Source of the DNA: Tubiluchus corallicola
Lineage: Eukaryota; Animalia; Priapulida
Reading direction: 5' to 3'
NCBI GenBank assembly: GCA_030141605.1
Contig: JAQGDQ010000489.1
Coordinates: 62,001-126,000, forward strand
Length of the DNA stretch: 64,000 nucleotides
Shown here: positions 60,250 to 64,000 of the stretch, in pieces
Layout of the letters: each line of letters begins with the position of its first letter
How positions within the stretch are numbered: the stretch's first letter is position 1
The notes under the pieces: model-generated
What the model saw: the letters and a program-made list of their open reading frames with translations, nothing else
Told to the model about the DNA's origin: nothing
The model's database searches: none
Program-made: the position numbers and the translations under genes

Positions 60250-63200
60250 ATGGCTGTCCCACCGGACACCCCAGACTATGAAGCAGTGAAAGGATTTGTA
60301 CAAAACATTGTTTACGAATACGATGGAGACACCATGGATGTCTATAATAAGTGGGCAGCTACCTATGACCGGGTGAGTGCCATACATTGTTTCATTTTAA
60401 AGCTTGGTCCATGCAGATTATGTTTGACTGCAGATGCAGTTTATTAATTACAGTGTTAGTTTTAATCTTTGATAACTTTCTAGGATCAGACAGTGTTAGA
60501 AATAAAGGGTCCATATTATGGAGCGTTATATTTATCGAAAGCTCTTGGGGATAAGAAAAGAGCAAGGATACTAGATATTGCAGCTGGTTCTGGACTTGTG
60601 GCACACCATGTAAGTAAGTACAATTAAGACAGCAGTTTTCGTCATAGTTATGCTGGTGTGGTTGCTTATATGTAGCTTGCTTTGTTTGAAAAATTTGCAT
60701 GACTAAATTAAATGACGTTTTAAATATTAATTAAATCCGTAATGTAGTCCACATTGCGGCTGTTTTAGTGTTCTGTACATTTATGGAAGTTTCTAAGTGC
60801 TATTTGGAAACTGAATTTAGTAAGTGTTCGTTTAACGAAGCCCCACTCGATGACATTTCATGCTTGTCTTTTAACACTTTTCACCTAGTAAAGTAACATG
60901 TTTCATTTTACTGACGATTTTTTAGCCTTACTCTAGGCAGACCACAATGATTCATTGCTTTCCCACATTTAGATAAAATTCCTCTGGTTGATAAAACTCT
61001 CTCATATTACGCAGATAATTGCTGGGTGCACCTCATTTGCATTTTAGCTTTCACAAAACCTACACTGAAAATGAACCTGATAGAGAATGCGGCAAATGCG
61101 ATGCAGTGTAATAAGGCTGAATAAAGAAACAAATCAAAGCAACCAAAAATGCATTTTTTATGAAAAACAAAAAGAGAAAGAAAGGGATAAAAATACCTGA
61201 AGCAGAACAGCCATAAGAGAAAGGGCATATGTTTCAAATTTCGATTTTAGTTTTGATACTCTTGTTACTCATAATGGATAATGTAGAACTGCAAACAATA
61301 ACCTTATATAGCCTTCAATTTATGAGCCAATCACTATTTATTGTTATTTATCCTGTAATATAGTAGTAGTTTATTTATTAAAAAAAGTCCAACATACAGC
61401 ATTTACATCCTTTCCAATATGATCACACAATACAATAACATTTCAGTACTGCCAAATTCACTATATTCGAGGCTATAAATGAACTTTATTAGTGAAACTT
61501 ATTAGTGGAAAATATATTCTACAATCAAGAAAAGAATTGCCCTGAATGGAAAATTATAAAACAAATAAGTAAGCCTATCTATAATCCATTACTACTGACT
61601 AAATTCACATTTCATTCACATAACTTATCTAAAACACTCTGAAATTTTAATTTTAAAACAAAGTGCAAAGCAGTTTTTTCATTGCTTAAAAATCTGACAA
61701 TGTTTAAAAATTCGCCCTGGGGTAAAAAAGTCTTATATCACGTGTGAATGTACAAGCCAAGATCACGTGTTCTTCAGTTTGCACTTCTTGTAATGCCAAG
61801 ATTTGCTCTGCATATCCTCTTCCGTTCTGAGCTCCCGATTGCTCGCTGTCTGATTTTGCTCAAACCCTTGATCTGTCTGCACTTATACAGTCATATAATT
61901 TGCATGAACTGCTCACAAAACTTGTAGCCCCTGTAGCCGTTCGCTTTCTCACCTTTCTTAAATAGAACAACCAGCTTGCTGACCACTGAGGCCATGTGTT
62001 CAGGCCCCGTTCCTTTATTCGGATCCTCAAGTTTGACCTGCCTCACAACTTCGTGGATAGAGGTAGGTTGATCTAATTTGTTCCACATCAGGATTAACAG
62101 CATCGTCAGATGTCACCAGTGATTCAAAATGTCACCTCTTTCAATTCCATATTTCTTATGTAAGGCATTATTTTGTTTAGTGATGTGTTTTGCTGGAATG
62201 CACTAGCGAGGACTAACTTTAATTTCTATCAACAATCCACAACTAACCATAAAGTACAATCAGCATGGAAGACAGTCTAATGATAACAATAATTGTTGTA
62301 TGATTTAGCTCAAGGAATTTGGATTCAGCGACATTGATGCTCTTGATGGCAGCAAGGAAATGTTGGATCTTGCTCGGGGAAAGAACCTCTACAAGAATTA
62401 CTTCTGTTTGCTACTAACTGACAAGCCAACAACTGTTCCAGCAGGTTAGATCACATACCTGTGATTTACAAAATTTCGGATAACTTTCCAAACAGAGATG
62501 TTTAACGTATCAGCTAAAGTACGTTCTTAACCAGGGGTGTGCAAATTGCGGGCCACTCCCGAGAGAATTTGTGCGGCCCGCGAAGAGGTTTGTCAACGTA
62601 ATGAAAGTGCGGCCCGGGCGATTAATTGAGTGTATCCAGCTGAAGTCCCTGCCACGATCCCAAAGATAGTGCGGGTAGTTTTTTCTACTAGTTCGGATGC
62701 CATTAACCCTTACAAGACAGTTGTAGCTTAGTGTCACTGTACTACACAGACTGTGTGATACACATTACTAATATGTATTGTAATGAAATTACCACTATCT
62801 GTCCTGAAAGTGGAAATATATGGTTTGTAATATAAATTTTAATAACTTCTAAAATAGTTTCTTGAGTATAGTAGTAATGATGTACGCAGGTCGGATGCAA
62901 AAAAATCGTTATTAGGCCTTTCTGTACTAGGCTCCTTGATCAAACTGCCTGTGGCCCACAGGAATTGTGGGAAAGTTTAATGTGGCCCGGCTAGTGAGAT
63001 AATTTGCACACCCCTGTTCTTAACGGTGAAATACAGTGTGGAAAATAAATGGATCTCATCAACACACCATTAGATATCAAAAATACAGAGGCATTGGAGG
63101 TATTGGTCGGGTAGATATGTACTGGTATTTCTCATAATTTTTCGATATTTTTTGATATCATATTGCAGGTTTAATGTGCTTCGCTTTTTTTGAATCGTGA

Positions 63201-63745
63201 CAGATGGTAGCACATCATAGCGCAGTAAATGATTTACTTTAGCAACTTTATGTTCAAGGTTAAAAACACAGAAAGCCATGGAAAAGAATTGGACAATTCA
63301 CTCAACAAAAAATGTGTCTTTTTAACAGGGAAATGCAATGTTAAAGGATTGGATTTTTCCAAGTATTCACAAGATTAGAATAACTTAGTGAGGAAGCAGT
63401 TACAGCCAGAATTACAGGCATAAACCTATTACTATGCACACTTTCACAGGCTTCACAGTAACCATTATTTTCAAAATAGATAGTGAATAAGAAGGCATGC
63501 GTTCACTGCACCATACAATTATGTTGCAGGTAAGTCAATTAGCCGAAGTTTTACAATACTAGCACTAGATGGCAGCACCTTGCAACAAATGTACAAATAC
63601 CAAATCCCATAATAGTCATAAAAATTGTCAGTTCTTGTATTTTGTCACCTAGGTAGTTACGACGCAGCTGTTTGCAGTGGTGGCTTTGCTAAGGGACATC
63701 TACCCGCCTGCTGTATCAAGGAAATCATACGATTAGTTAAGCCAG
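60250..63745 (+). CDS. METTL27: METTL27/WBSCR27-like class I SAM-dependent methyltransferase, N-terminal part; continues beyond the right edge
   Basis: Exons 60250-60372, 60484-60609, 62309-62444, 63653-63745 are in phase: YNKWAATYDRD, RILDIAAGSGLVA (motif I), GFSDIDALDGSKEML, YDAAVCSGGF, EIIRLVKPG. One-to-one orthology is not established. Confidence 0.8.
61760..62100 (-). mobile_element. Degenerate LINE reverse transcriptase N-terminal fragment in a METTL27 intron
   Basis: PTSIHEV...NKGTGPE, LVVLFKKGEKANGYRG and EQSGAQNGRGYAEQILAL resemble RT domains 0-2. Confidence 0.65.
62532..63016. mobile_element. hAT MITE family A, copy 5
   Basis: Same TIR; TSD TTCTTAAC. Confidence 0.92.
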
Positions 63746-64000
63746 GTATGTTAGAGCAAAAAAAGTCTCTGTAGTCTTTAATTCCAAACAGATAAAGACT
63801 TATTAGTGCCCCACGACAATGTTTCAATGCACATCGACATACGACGACATGTGTAAATTCCGATTTGCTTTTGTGACCCGTCGACTAAGGGTGAGCATTT
63901 TCTACTAGAAAGCGAATTTGAATCGATTCGAATTTGTGACTTTCGAATCAAACCTAGTCTCGAGATTTTCAAATCTGAGCCTAATTCGAAATCAGTTTTA

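Noticed and set aside
34461-63745. LRTOMT-like LRRC51-methyltransferase fusion locus
   Set aside because: The nearby methyltransferase is METTL27-like rather than COMT/TOMT-like, is on the opposite strand, and is separated from LRRC51 by RAB30.

Overview
AT-rich, intron-rich animal (invertebrate-like) nuclear DNA; the six-frame ORF track is mostly spurious because the real genes are spliced. Five genes were reconstructed by reading exons and splice phases by hand: an ARHGEF11/12 (PDZ-RhoGEF/LARG)-like gene (minus strand, 5' part only, running off the left edge); RNF121 (plus, complete, with two consecutive U12-type introns); LRRC51 (minus, complete); RAB30 (plus, complete); and a METTL27-like methyltransferase (plus, 5' part only). 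ARHGEF/RNF121 and LRRC51/RAB30 are head-to-head pairs. Introns and intergenic DNA carry many mobile elements with readable TIRs and TSDs (several hAT families, piggyBac-, Kolobok- and pogo/Tigger-like MITEs, a foldback element, two solo LTRs, CR1 and RTE LINE remnants) and many tandem repeats. The most notable items are a SINE with a full-length 5S rRNA head and an RTE-like body and tail (36434-36956), and a two-copy repeat carrying a minimal type-I hammerhead ribozyme variant (1249-1299 and 25102-25151). No CRISPR or other prokaryotic features were seen. Family names come from motif recognition, not database searches.
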